From the NCBI GenBank assembly GCA_037917625.1, contig JAVCBY010000045.1:1-57895 (forward strand): a stretch of DNA of 57,895 nucleotides. Direction: 5' to 3'. The position numbers and the translations under genes were made by a program. The notes beneath the pieces are model-generated. The model saw nothing but the letters and a program-made list of their open reading frames with translations, ran no database searches and was not told the origin of the DNA. The stretch is from Thermoproteota archaeon (GTDB taxonomy: Archaea; Korarchaeota; Korarchaeia; Korarchaeales; Korarchaeaceae). Below, piece after piece: positions 1-9,436 of this stretch; the stretch's first letter is position 1; every line of letters begins with the position of its first letter.

Positions 1-1
1 G

Positions 2-799
2 AGAGCTGGTGCTGGAGCTCTAACGACGAAAACTATACTTCCGAGACCTAGCAAGGGTTATGAGAATCCAGTTGTCGTTGAGCTCCCATTCGGGATGCTT
101 AACGCTATGGGCTTACCTAACCCAGGGATAGATGAGTTCGAGAGGGAGTTCAGGGAGGCCAGAAGCTATATAGAGATACCGGTCATAGGGAGCGCTGGCG
201 GTAATACTCCTGAGGAGGTAGCTCACGTCGCTGGGAGGCTCCAGGACTGCGGGGTCGATGCTGTAGAGTTGAACGCATCATGCCCCCATGTGAGGGGGCA
301 CGGGCTCGAGATAGGATCTACGCCCGAGCTAATGAGGGAGCTCGTCTCAGAAGTCAGGAGGAGCGTCAAGATACCTATAATAGTGAAGCTCTCCCCAATG
401 GTCCCGGACATAGTGAGCTTGGGGAGGAGCGCCTTCGAATCCGGAGCCGATGCTTTGAACGCTATAAATACGGTTAGGGCCATGTACATAGATGTTGATG
501 CTATGACCCCAGTCCTCTCTAATAAGTTCGGTGGGCTCAGCGGTCCAGCTATAAGGCCCATAGCTGTTAGATGCGTCTACGAGCTAGCTGGGATATGCGA
601 TGTGATCGGGACCGGTGGCGTCGAGACCTGGAGGGATGCTGTGGAGATGATGCTAGCTGGAGCTAAAGCTGTCGGTATAGGGACAGCTATCTATAGGAGG
701 GGTCTGGAGGTCTTTGAGGAGATCAATAAGGGCCTGGAATCCTACTTACTGAAGAGAGGGCTGAGCTTGAGGGAGATAATAGGCAGAGCGAGGATTTAA
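2..799 (+). CDS. pyrD: Dihydroorotate dehydrogenase family 1, catalytic subunit (5' end outside the window)
   Basis: Frame is open from base 2 (RAGAGALTTKT...GYENP...MLNAMGLPNPG); ELNASCPH active-site Cys; VKLSP, INT and GGLSGPAIRP motifs. Confidence 0.95.
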   Translation, partial: RAGAGALTTKTILPRPSKGYENPVVVELPFGMLNAMGLPNPGIDEFEREFREARSYIEIPVIGSAGGNTPEEVAHVAGRLQDCGVDAVELNASCPHVRGHGLEIGSTPELMRELVSEVRRSVKIPIIVKLSPMVPDIVSLGRSAFESGADALNAINTVRAMYIDVDAMTPVLSNKFGGLSGPAIRPIAVRCVYELAGICDVIGTGGVETWRDAVEMMLAGAKAVGIGTAIYRRGLEVFEEINKGLESYLLKRGLSLREIIGRARI

Positions 800-904
800 C
801 CCTTCCGATATTTGGGAGTTCCCTAATGACTCTACCAAGCTCCATGAGAGCATAATCATTGAGCTCAGTCCCTTTAATTTAGCTCATGGTAGCTCATTGG
901 GAGG

Positions 905-3085
905 GTGAAATTGGACCCCAAGCTGATAGTAGAGGAAGCGATAAATACGGGAGAGAGGAGGCTTATAGTTATATCTGGAAAGGATTCCCTCGAGATAGCA
1001 TCTGAAATCGCTAATATCTGGCTTTCTAAGAGGGAGGGCCGCCTCCTAATCGCTACGCATATGGGGATAAATTTGGATAGGATCTCGGTGGATGATGCCA
1101 CGTCCATAGACTTCGATCAGACTGAGGAGGTGCTAGGGGGCACGTGGGATCTCCTGATAGCTGATCTATCCCATCAATTCAGGGCAAACGATATAGGGAG
1201 ATTGATAGAGGTCGTTAGAGGAGGCGGCCTCGCGATCCTCACGATACCACCTTTAGAAGATTGGATCAACTCTATGACTGAGTTCCAGAGGAAGTTCATG
1301 GTCCCCCCCTTCGAATCGAGGGGGGTGAGGCAGCTCTTCAAGTCCAGGTTCCTTAGGTCCATAGGGAGAAGGGGGACCTTCCTCCTCGGTGAGGAAGTCA
1401 GAGGGGAGTTATGCGGGAGAGTTTCCAAGGAGAGAGTTCCCATCGAGAGGACCGGGGATCCTCTCCTCGATTTATGCGCGACTAGAGATCAGCAGAGGGT
1501 CCTGAGATCCATCATAGATGCGTTCAAGGGGAGGAAGAGAGCTTTCGTATTGACTGCAAATAGAGGGAGGGGGAAATCCGCTGTAATAGGGCTCGCTCTA
1601 TCCCTCATAATGAATAGGAGTAAGGTTAGGAGCGCTGTAGTGACATCCCCGAGCATAGAGGGAGTTCAGACGATCTTCAACTTCCTGATGAAAGGATTAG
1701 ATGCTCAGGGAGTGAGTTACGAGCCCTTGATAAGGGATGGTAGGATGATAGCCCTGAGGTTCAAGGGTAAGAGCGTATTCTACCTCGCACCTGAGAGCGC
1801 TGCTGAAGTCGAAGTCAGCCTGAAGGTAGTCGATGAAGCTGCTTCAATACCCGTGACGACCTTATTCAAGTTCTTGAGCGGGGGATTCACCATATTCTCA
1901 TCCACGATACATGGGTACGAGGGAGCGGGGAGGGGGTTCTCCCTCAGGTTCTTAGGTAGGTTGAGGAAATCGGGCATCCCTCACGCTGAGGAGAGGATGG
2001 AGGAACCGATTAGATATCCTCCTGAAGATCCAGTGGAGAGGTGGCTTTATGACCTCCTCTTACTGGATGCTGAACCCGGAGACCCTCCCAAAAATCTCGA
2101 TGCTATTTACAGGGAGATATCCTTGGATAGCATAAGCGAGGAATATCTGAGGAAGTTCTACGGTATTTACATACTGGCTCATTACAGGAATAGGCCTAAC
2201 GACCTCGCCACCCTTTTAGATGCCCCTCATCATTTCGCCAGGTCTTTAGAAGCTGATGGAGAGCCCATAGTTAGTTTACATTTGGCTGAGGAGGGCGGAC
2301 TCCCTAGCTCTCTCCTAGAGGATATGGCTAAGGGAATGAGGGACCTTCCGGGGCATATGATAGCGAGCAGGATCGTCTTACACTACTCATTCAAGAGCTT
2401 CGGGAAGTTGAGGGGTTGGAGGATAGTCAGGATAGCTACTCATCCTGAGCTGCAGGGGATGGGATTCGGGACGAGAGCTCTAGCTGAAGTAGAGAGGGAA
2501 GCAAGGGAGAAAGGCGTGGATTGGTTGGGGGCAGGCTTCGGTGCTACAGAGGATTTACTTAGATTCTGGGTGAGATCCGGTTATTATCCAGTGCACATAA
2601 GCCCGTCCAGGAATGCAGTGACTGGAGAGTACAGCGTCTTAGTTCTCAAGCCCTTGAGTGAGGAGGCATCTAAACTCACTGAGGAAGTGCTCAAGGAATT
2701 CAAGAGGAGGATATTAGCGAGCTTACATGATGTTTACTTCTCCCTCAATCCGATGGTAGCTAGATTGCTCCTCAAGAGCAAGTTAGATGGGGGAAAGGCT
2801 AAGTTGAGCACTTCCCAGAGGAATAGGCTCTTAGGGTATGTCAGGGGAAGTTACGTTTATGAATTAGCATCTGATGCGATACACGAGATAGTCAGGAGCT
2901 ACTTCTGGCAGGGAAAGGATTGCCTCACTCCCAGGGAGGAAGCTATATTAGTGGCCAAAGTCCTACAGGGGAAGCCCTGGGAGACCTTGAAGAGCAGGTT
3001 CGGGGTGAAGGAACCTTACGAGCTCCTCAGGGAGATAGTCTCGAATCTACTAAGTTGCTTGGATGGCCTTCGCGATGAGGCTTAA
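905..3085 (+). CDS. tmcA: tRNA(Met)/RNA cytidine acetyltransferase (TmcA/Nat10 family)
   Basis: TANRGRGKSA P-loop, DEAA, STIHGYEGAGRGF, AHYRNRPNDL and GNAT motif RIATHPELQGMGFG. Confidence 0.95.
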   Translation: MKLDPKLIVEEAINTGERRLIVISGKDSLEIASEIANIWLSKREGRLLIATHMGINLDRISVDDATSIDFDQTEEVLGGTWDLLIADLSHQFRANDIGRLIEVVRGGGLAILTIPPLEDWINSMTEFQRKFMVPPFESRGVRQLFKSRFLRSIGRRGTFLLGEEVRGELCGRVSKERVPIERTGDPLLDLCATRDQQRVLRSIIDAFKGRKRAFVLTANRGRGKSAVIGLALSLIMNRSKVRSAVVTSPSIEGVQTIFNFLMKGLDAQGVSYEPLIRDGRMIALRFKGKSVFYLAPESAAEVEVSLKVVDEAASIPVTTLFKFLSGGFTIFSSTIHGYEGAGRGFSLRFLGRLRKSGIPHAEERMEEPIRYPPEDPVERWLYDLLLLDAEPGDPPKNLDAIYREISLDSISEEYLRKFYGIYILAHYRNRPNDLATLLDAPHHFARSLEADGEPIVSLHLAEEGGLPSSLLEDMAKGMRDLPGHMIASRIVLHYSFKSFGKLRGWRIVRIATHPELQGMGFGTRALAEVEREAREKGVDWLGAGFGATEDLLRFWVRSGYYPVHISPSRNAVTGEYSVLVLKPLSEEASKLTEEVLKEFKRRILASLHDVYFSLNPMVARLLLKSKLDGGKAKLSTSQRNRLLGYVRGSYVYELASDAIHEIVRSYFWQGKDCLTPREEAILVAKVLQGKPWETLKSRFGVKEPYELLREIVSNLLSCLDGLRDEA

Positions 3086-3868
3086 GTAAGGGCAGGGGGG
3101 AGAGAACTTCTCCTTCTTCCTTATATCACCGTATATGGAATCTACACCCCATCCCGCTCTCCTGAGTATCTCAGCTAGCTCAGTGGATGTGTATATCCTC
3201 ATCTCCGTGTTCACCTCTAGCTCCTTCATCAAGTTGCCCTCGCCATCGTCCCTGAGGAGGGTCCACTTGGAGAGGAGCCTGGACCAGAGGGGGTCGAACC
3301 TCATATCCTCCATGAGGACTAAGGAACCATACCTCTGGAAGACCCTCCCGCAGCTCCAACTCGGAGTCTCCCTATGGAAGGTATTCGCTATTATGAGGAT
3401 TGAGCCCTCCCTCACTAATGACCTGAGCTTCCTCAGTATTTCCTCATCCGTCATCGAGTCGTAGTAACCTAAGGATGTCGATACTATCATTATAGCATCG
3501 AATACCTCCCCCTTTAACATGTTATCTATCTCCCTAGCATCCGAAACTATGAACTTAGCTCTATCCGATACCCTATACTTCTCAGCTTTCTGCCTAGCGT
3601 CCTGTATGAATGGGAGGGATATGTCGAAGCCTAGGACTTCGTACCCCTCAATTGCAAGGGGTATTGCAACTCTACCATTCCCGCAAAATGCCTCCAATAC
3701 CCTCCCGGACTCTAGACCATTTTCCCTTAGTATCTCAGCTATAGATCTAGCTATCTGCTCTCCCTCCGACCAAGTGCTATTCATTATCTCCAAGTAGAGG
3801 TCCGCTCTATCTATGAACACCCTCTGTATCCAGCTCAGTCCATTCACCCCGAATCCATGAATTTCCAT
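3050..3868 (-). CDS. Class I SAM-dependent methyltransferase
   Basis: Motif I VLEAFCGNGR, GFDIS, SDAR, FDAI...TSLGY. Confidence 0.85.
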   Translation of the reverse strand: MEIHGFGVNGLSWIQRVFIDRADLYLEIMNSTWSEGEQIARSIAEILRENGLESGRVLEAFCGNGRVAIPLAIEGYEVLGFDISLPFIQDARQKAEKYRVSDRAKFIVSDAREIDNMLKGEVFDAIMIVSTSLGYYDSMTDEEILRKLRSLVREGSILIIANTFHRETPSWSCGRVFQRYGSLVLMEDMRFDPLWSRLLSKWTLLRDDGEGNLMKELEVNTEMRIYTSTELAEILRRAGWGVDSIYGDIRKKEKFSPPCPYLSLIAKAIQAT

Positions 3869-3950
3869 TAATAAGAATTTTGCTGCGATCGAGGATCTTG
3901 AGTCATCGAGTCTAGAGTAAAATTATTAATTTTCCAATGGGGAGGAATTT

Positions 3951-5549
3951 ATGCGATTCTCTAAGGTAGTAGATGTCGAGGAGGCCCTCTCCAAGATAAG
4001 GGACGGCTCAGTAATCGCGATCTCAGGATTCAATATAGCGACGACACCTGAGTACTTAATAGTCAAGTTATGGGAGCTCTATGAGAGGACCGGCCATCCG
4101 AAGGACCTCTTCATATTGACGGATACTCTACCAGCGGTGCCCGATAGAGGGCTGGATTTCATAGGGAAGAGGATGTATGAGACCCGAGATAATGAGTTCG
4201 TGAGAGGGATGCTCTTGACTTACTTAGGATGGGCCCCCTGGCTCCAGAGACTCACAGCTGAAAATGCTATAGAGATGTACACATGGCCCATAGGTACAGC
4301 TAGTTGCTGGTTCAGGGAGGTAGCAGCGGGGAGGCCCGGTATAATCACGAGAGTCGGGTTGAGGACCTTCCTAGACCCTAGGAATGATGGTTGCTACCTC
4401 AACGATCTAGCTAGGGAGAGGAGGACTTGCAGCAACAGTTTGATAGAGATAGATGGGAGGGAGTACTTGCTCTATAAAGCCCCTAAGCCTGAAGTTGCTT
4501 TGATAAGGGCCACTACTTCTGACGAGCTCGGGAATCTCTCAATGGAGAGGGAAGGTATATTCGGCACTGTCCTGGCTATTTCTCAAGCTGCTAAATCTTG
4601 CGGAGGTATTGTGATAGCTCAAGTCGAAAGGTTAGCTAAATTTGGTTCTATTAAGCCTAAGGAAGTTCACGTCCCAGCCCCTCTAGTGGATAACGTGGTG
4701 GTCTCCCCTGAGGATTACCATTGGCAGACCCTCTCCTTCCGTTACGATCCTAGAATAAGCGGTGAGGTAATACCACCGAGAGCAGCATCCAGCCCCCTTG
4801 AGCTCAATGATAGGAAAGTAATAGCTAGAAGAGTGGCTCTTGAGCTCTTCTACTTAGCTAAGAGGTTGGATAGGCCCCTATTCGTCAACTTCGGGATAGG
4901 GATACCTGCTCTCACTCCCTTAGTGATAGAGGAGGAAGGGCTCTCAGAGCTACTGCTGACTAGCATAGAAGCCGGGCCGCTGGGAGGAGTGGCCCTCACT
5001 GAAGCTGACTTCGGGGTAGCTATAGGACCTTTCGCCATAATTCAGATGCCGGATATGTTCACGAATTATGAAGGCGGAGTGATAGATGCCTCCTCCCTGG
5101 GCTTCATGGAAGTGGATTCTGAGGGGGACGTCAATCCATCGTTTATCCCAGGTAGGATAACAGGTCCTGGAGGCTTTCCCGTGATAGTGACAGGATCCCC
5201 AAGGCTTTACTTCGCTGGAGGATTCACCGCAGGTAAGAGGAAGTTCAGAATAGAGAAGGGGGAGCTAAAGATCGAGCAAGACGGAGATTTGAGGAAGTTC
5301 GTGAGGGAGGTATATAAGGTAGCTTTCAATGGGAGGTTAGCTCTAGAGGAGGGGAAGGAGGTCTTATACATAACTGAGAGGGCTGTATTCAGGCTGAGCG
5401 AGAGAGGGCTATCACTTGAGGAAGTAGCACCGGGGGTGGATATAGATAGGGATATCTTGAGCAAGATGGATTTCCAACCTCAGATGGGGAAAATGGAGGA
5501 GATGGATAAAAGGATATTCAGGGAGGGAAAAATGAATATAGAGTTATGA
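3951..5549 (+). CDS. Fused-subunit acyl-CoA:acetate/propionate CoA-transferase (YdiF/Pct family)
   Basis: GRPGIITRVGLRTFLDPR, VNFGIGIP, catalytic SIEAG, GPGGF, YITERAVF...EVAPGVD. Confidence 0.9.
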   Translation: MRFSKVVDVEEALSKIRDGSVIAISGFNIATTPEYLIVKLWELYERTGHPKDLFILTDTLPAVPDRGLDFIGKRMYETRDNEFVRGMLLTYLGWAPWLQRLTAENAIEMYTWPIGTASCWFREVAAGRPGIITRVGLRTFLDPRNDGCYLNDLARERRTCSNSLIEIDGREYLLYKAPKPEVALIRATTSDELGNLSMEREGIFGTVLAISQAAKSCGGIVIAQVERLAKFGSIKPKEVHVPAPLVDNVVVSPEDYHWQTLSFRYDPRISGEVIPPRAASSPLELNDRKVIARRVALELFYLAKRLDRPLFVNFGIGIPALTPLVIEEEGLSELLLTSIEAGPLGGVALTEADFGVAIGPFAIIQMPDMFTNYEGGVIDASSLGFMEVDSEGDVNPSFIPGRITGPGGFPVIVTGSPRLYFAGGFTAGKRKFRIEKGELKIEQDGDLRKFVREVYKVAFNGRLALEEGKEVLYITERAVFRLSERGLSLEEVAPGVDIDRDILSKMDFQPQMGKMEEMDKRIFREGKMNIEL

Positions 5550-8500
5550 TGGGATATTCAGCTCTAATGATGGTGGCTTGCCTTCCTTAACTAATTTCAC
5601 CCTCAATCCCTTCTCCTTAAGCTTCTTGAATGCCTCCTCTTTCCCTAAGTATGCGAAGGTATTCCTCCTCTGAGCTAAGCTCATCACAGCAGCTACTTCA
5701 TCATCGAACCCCTCTATCGAGACATCGCTCAAGACCCTCTCTACTCTCAGGGATCTCCCTATCAGATATTTCTCCAGGGTCCTCATCAATTTATGATCTT
5801 TGCTCACTTTATTGAAGGTCTCCTGAGGTATGTAGATATCGTACCTCCTCACTAAGTCCTCAATCATTCCCCTCTCCACAGCCCTCCTCAGGGCGTCGTA
5901 ATCCATGACTATAGCTTCCCTCCCCCTCCTCTTGTACGCTAGCACTATAGGTATGGCAAGTAGAGGGAGCAGAAATATCCAGATGGGTATTTGAGGGAGC
6001 TTTATCTCGAGGGATGGGCCCATTACCATCTGCTTCGCTTCAAACTTTATTGTAACACTCTTCTGTTTTCCGAAATCTGGTAGGAAGACGTTCACCTCAC
6101 CTGAGGTCACTTCATCACTACTAGGCTCGACATTGAAAGTTATAACAGCTTTTCCTCCCTTAGATATGCTTATCAGCCAGCTCAAGCTGTTCCCCTTCAC
6201 ATCAGTCTTCGCTGGCATATTCGCGAGTTTAGCGCTATCGGGCACGTACTTGAGGGAGTTCAGGTTAGCGACTATCCTCACGGAGTTCGCTCCAGTTGGA
6301 CTGGTGAGAGTTATCGTAACGGACCCAACCCTACCGGAGGATGAGCCCGATACTTCTAACTCCACTACCTCCGGGACTTGCTGAGGTTGAGGTTGAGGGG
6401 CTGCCACCTCCTTAGGCTTGACCGATATGATGACGCTATCGCTAGCGGTAGCTGCGCTCGCTACAACGTTGAAACTCCCGGCTGTCGCTATTAATTTCGC
6501 TAAGAAACTTATCTCCAAGCTGCTCTTCTGATCCAACTTGCTTATCTTCCACTTGAGCACATTCCTATCGTTCTTCGGTTCCACTTTGACTCCACCGAGC
6601 TTCGAGCTCCCGCTCAAGTAATCCAGCCCTGGGGTGAGGTCTACCTGGACCTCGAGCCCCTCGTAAGCTCCCTCCCCTATGTTGCTCACGTTGACTAGGA
6701 AGGCGATATTGCTACCGGTCTCCGCTTTAGTTGGAGATGCAGATATATCGACAGTTATGAGGGCTAATGCGTTCGATCCAGAGGTGCTTGGTTGAGCTGG
6801 ACTGGATCCTGAGCCTCCGGATTGGTAAGCTTCTATCTTAATCCCTTGAGATCCTAGGGAGACGAGGACTATGGGTATCCCATTTAAGACGTAATCGTTA
6901 GAGTTGCTCGGCTTACTCGGATTACCCGGATTTGAGGAGGGAGGAGGTATGTAACCGCAAGATGGTGATCCTCCTGAGCCTCCGGATCCACTTGAGCCTC
7001 CTGAATGGCCTCCTGAGCCTCCGGATCCGCCTGAGGGTGGGTTCGTAACTAGTACTGAGGCTGATGCTGAGAGCGTCCCATTAACATAGACTCTGTTATC
7101 CTTCCTCCCCGCTGTCAATGCCCTGAGCTTATATGAAGCCACTAATGAGCTCCCCGGATTTAAAGTAACGTTGAACTTTATCTCCCCAGATATATCGAGA
7201 TCCAAACTGACGTTAGAGGAGAAGCTCCCACTCACATAACTCATGCCTGAAGGTATAGTATCCCTAACTGAGAGGAATGCAGGTAGATCGCCTAAGTTCC
7301 TTATCCTCAGCTGATAGCTGACCTCATCACCTACCATCACGCTAGTAGGTGAGGCCGTCTTCCTCACTTCTATCACAGGGGGAGATATCACATCCACACT
7401 AGCTGAGCTATTTCCTGAACTACCATCCGAGCTGAAGATAGCTATGTTCTCGAGGTGGGATCCTGGAGGAGCATTTATGCTGACGTTAAACTCTAGGAAC
7501 ATAATGCTCCCCGCGGGTATATTTATGATCCATCTCAAATCCCTCCCATTTATTTCAGGCTCGAGAGAGCTACCGTTCAGTTTAGCCGTCCCGTTTATGT
7601 AGTCCATGCCTCTAGGAAGAGAGTCCATTATCGAGACGTTGTAAGCTGTTCCGTTTCCCATGTTAGAGATCACCAATGTCACTTTAGCTGAGGAACCTGG
7701 AGTGACTATAGATGGCTCTATCAACTTCTCCACGCTTATGTTAGTTGAGAGGGATGGTGCGAATATATTCGGCCCGAACTCAGAGGTCCCATGGGGCATG
7801 AGCGTTGCCGTAGATGTTATGTTCATCCCCCTCCCTACCAAATCAGCCGGAAGATCTATCCATCCTAGGAACTCCCCGTTCAAAGCCTTGAGGCTCCCTA
7901 GATACCTTAATCCCTCCCCATATCCGCTCCTATGATTCGTGGATAGGTATATCTCCACCTCAGATCCGTTGAAAGCTGAGCTACCTGATCCACTGCCCTC
8001 AGAATTTATGTAGCCCCTCACCAACAATTTGTCCCCATATACAGCTGCCCATGTCAATACAGGATAATCCATGAGATCGTTAGGGCCTCCCGTCAATCTC
8101 CCATCGTTTAAAGTCACATAATCTCCCCCTAAGTCTATCCCCAGCAGAGTGTTGTTGTAGCAAGAGAGCCTCGTGAAGACGTTACCGATTGAGGAGTTCC
8201 CCTCTACGACTATACCGCTATACATGTTATCATGAACCTTCGTCCCATTGAGTAGATTCCCACTGGAATCTGATATGAGGACTCCGAACCTGTTGTGACT
8301 GGATTCCCCGATCAGAGTATTATCCCCTCCGTTCTGTATCCATATACCGTAGATGCTCCCCTTAGTCGAGCCATCTATCAAGTTCCACTTGCTCTGACGG
8401 ATGTAGACACCGGAGAATGTGTTATTGACTAAGGATGCCCTCACAGAGTTATTTGAGCTGTATATTAAAGCTATGCCATAGATGTTATCCCTCGCGCTCA

Positions 8501-9338
8501 CGTTCTCAAGCTTATTGTTGTCAGATCCCTGATAAATGTAGAGGCCGTAACTATCGATACCCGAAGCAGTATTATTATCCGCTCTTGAGTCAGATATAAC
8601 GTTCCCACTCGATTTCTGTAAGTATATGCCGTACCACCCATTCCTCTCAGCCTTTATACCGGTCAAATTGTTGTTGCTCGAGTACTTAAGCAGTAAACCC
8701 CCTTCAGAATTACCCTCTATCTCAGCGCTCATAACTCTGTAGTCTGAGCTCAGGAGGGAGAGGAAGCCTATCCTATTACCCCTCAATCTTAGGTTGGAGA
8801 ATGAACAAGCGACGCTGCTCTCGACGTTCACTCCAGCATTAATGTTGTTCTCCGAGATCAGATTGCTCACATTTACGCTCGAGCTCGATACTATATTTAT
8901 TCCGAAGTAACTTCCAGTAGCTATTATATTCTCGAGGGAGCTCTCGCTCGTGTAGTAAACGTATATGCCGCTCTGCTGAGATCCTATCGCCCCTCTGACA
9001 GTTAAATTTCTTATCGTCACGTTCCTAGTATTGCTCACCTCTATTACATGTTTAGTCGTATTGTAAGCTTCCACTATTACTGAGGAAGGATCCCCGATCC
9101 CTGAGATGAGTAAGCTCTTGGTCACCCTCACATTATCCCTGTAGGTACCAGGGCAAACTCTTATGATATCCCCGGGGTTCGCGCTCGAGATAGCCCCACT
9201 TAAGCTGGTGAAGTAAGCATCGCCTGAGGTGCATGGGCTACCTGTGTGGACCACTATCGTCCTAGGTGGAGCTGAGAGAGTTAAGTTAACTTGCAGGAGT
9301 ATGAATATCATGAGCAGGGACAGATACGATCTCCTCAT
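5544..9338 (-). CDS. Large cell-surface protein: signal peptide, parallel beta-helix (NosD/pectin-lyase-like), several DUF11-like Ig repeats, Gly/Ser/Pro linker, one TM helix, cytoplasmic PIN-like tail
   Basis: N-terminal hydrophobic signal; AISSANPGDIIRVCPGTY; repeated NN.YGI.L..S.NN; K...P....G..V.Y...I.N.G...A....D.LP.G..Y..G repeats; IWIFLLPLLAIPIVLAY followed by KRRGR. Confidence 0.85.
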   Translation of the reverse strand: MRRSYLSLLMIFILLQVNLTLSAPPRTIVVHTGSPCTSGDAYFTSLSGAISSANPGDIIRVCPGTYRDNVRVTKSLLISGIGDPSSVIVEAYNTTKHVIEVSNTRNVTIRNLTVRGAIGSQQSGIYVYYTSESSLENIIATGSYFGINIVSSSSVNVSNLISENNINAGVNVESSVACSFSNLRLRGNRIGFLSLLSSDYRVMSAEIEGNSEGGLLLKYSSNNNLTGIKAERNGWYGIYLQKSSGNVISDSRADNNTASGIDSYGLYIYQGSDNNKLENVSARDNIYGIALIYSSNNSVRASLVNNTFSGVYIRQSKWNLIDGSTKGSIYGIWIQNGGDNTLIGESSHNRFGVLISDSSGNLLNGTKVHDNMYSGIVVEGNSSIGNVFTRLSCYNNTLLGIDLGGDYVTLNDGRLTGGPNDLMDYPVLTWAAVYGDKLLVRGYINSEGSGSGSSAFNGSEVEIYLSTNHRSGYGEGLRYLGSLKALNGEFLGWIDLPADLVGRGMNITSTATLMPHGTSEFGPNIFAPSLSTNISVEKLIEPSIVTPGSSAKVTLVISNMGNGTAYNVSIMDSLPRGMDYINGTAKLNGSSLEPEINGRDLRWIINIPAGSIMFLEFNVSINAPPGSHLENIAIFSSDGSSGNSSASVDVISPPVIEVRKTASPTSVMVGDEVSYQLRIRNLGDLPAFLSVRDTIPSGMSYVSGSFSSNVSLDLDISGEIKFNVTLNPGSSLVASYKLRALTAGRKDNRVYVNGTLSASASVLVTNPPSGGSGGSGGHSGGSSGSGGSGGSPSCGYIPPPSSNPGNPSKPSNSNDYVLNGIPIVLVSLGSQGIKIEAYQSGGSGSSPAQPSTSGSNALALITVDISASPTKAETGSNIAFLVNVSNIGEGAYEGLEVQVDLTPGLDYLSGSSKLGGVKVEPKNDRNVLKWKISKLDQKSSLEISFLAKLIATAGSFNVVASAATASDSVIISVKPKEVAAPQPQPQQVPEVVELEVSGSSSGRVGSVTITLTSPTGANSVRIVANLNSLKYVPDSAKLANMPAKTDVKGNSLSWLISISKGGKAVITFNVEPSSDEVTSGEVNVFLPDFGKQKSVTIKFEAKQMVMGPSLEIKLPQIPIWIFLLPLLAIPIVLAYKRRGREAIVMDYDALRRAVERGMIEDLVRRYDIYIPQETFNKVSKDHKLMRTLEKYLIGRSLRVERVLSDVSIEGFDDEVAAVMSLAQRRNTFAYLGKEEAFKKLKEKGLRVKLVKEGKPPSLELNIPS
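6970..7028. repeat. Intragenic 20-bp direct repeat in the Gly/Ser linker
   Basis: cctcctgagcctccggatcc at 6970-6989 and 7009-7028; a partial third copy near 6807. Confidence 0.85.
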
Positions 9339-9436
9339 GCTTCACCATGATTGAGCGAAGGGGGGAACATAAATCCTGAGAGGCCCGTTTGTAATGCGCT
9401 TATATTCTAGTGATAGCATCGAAGTAAGATCGCGAA

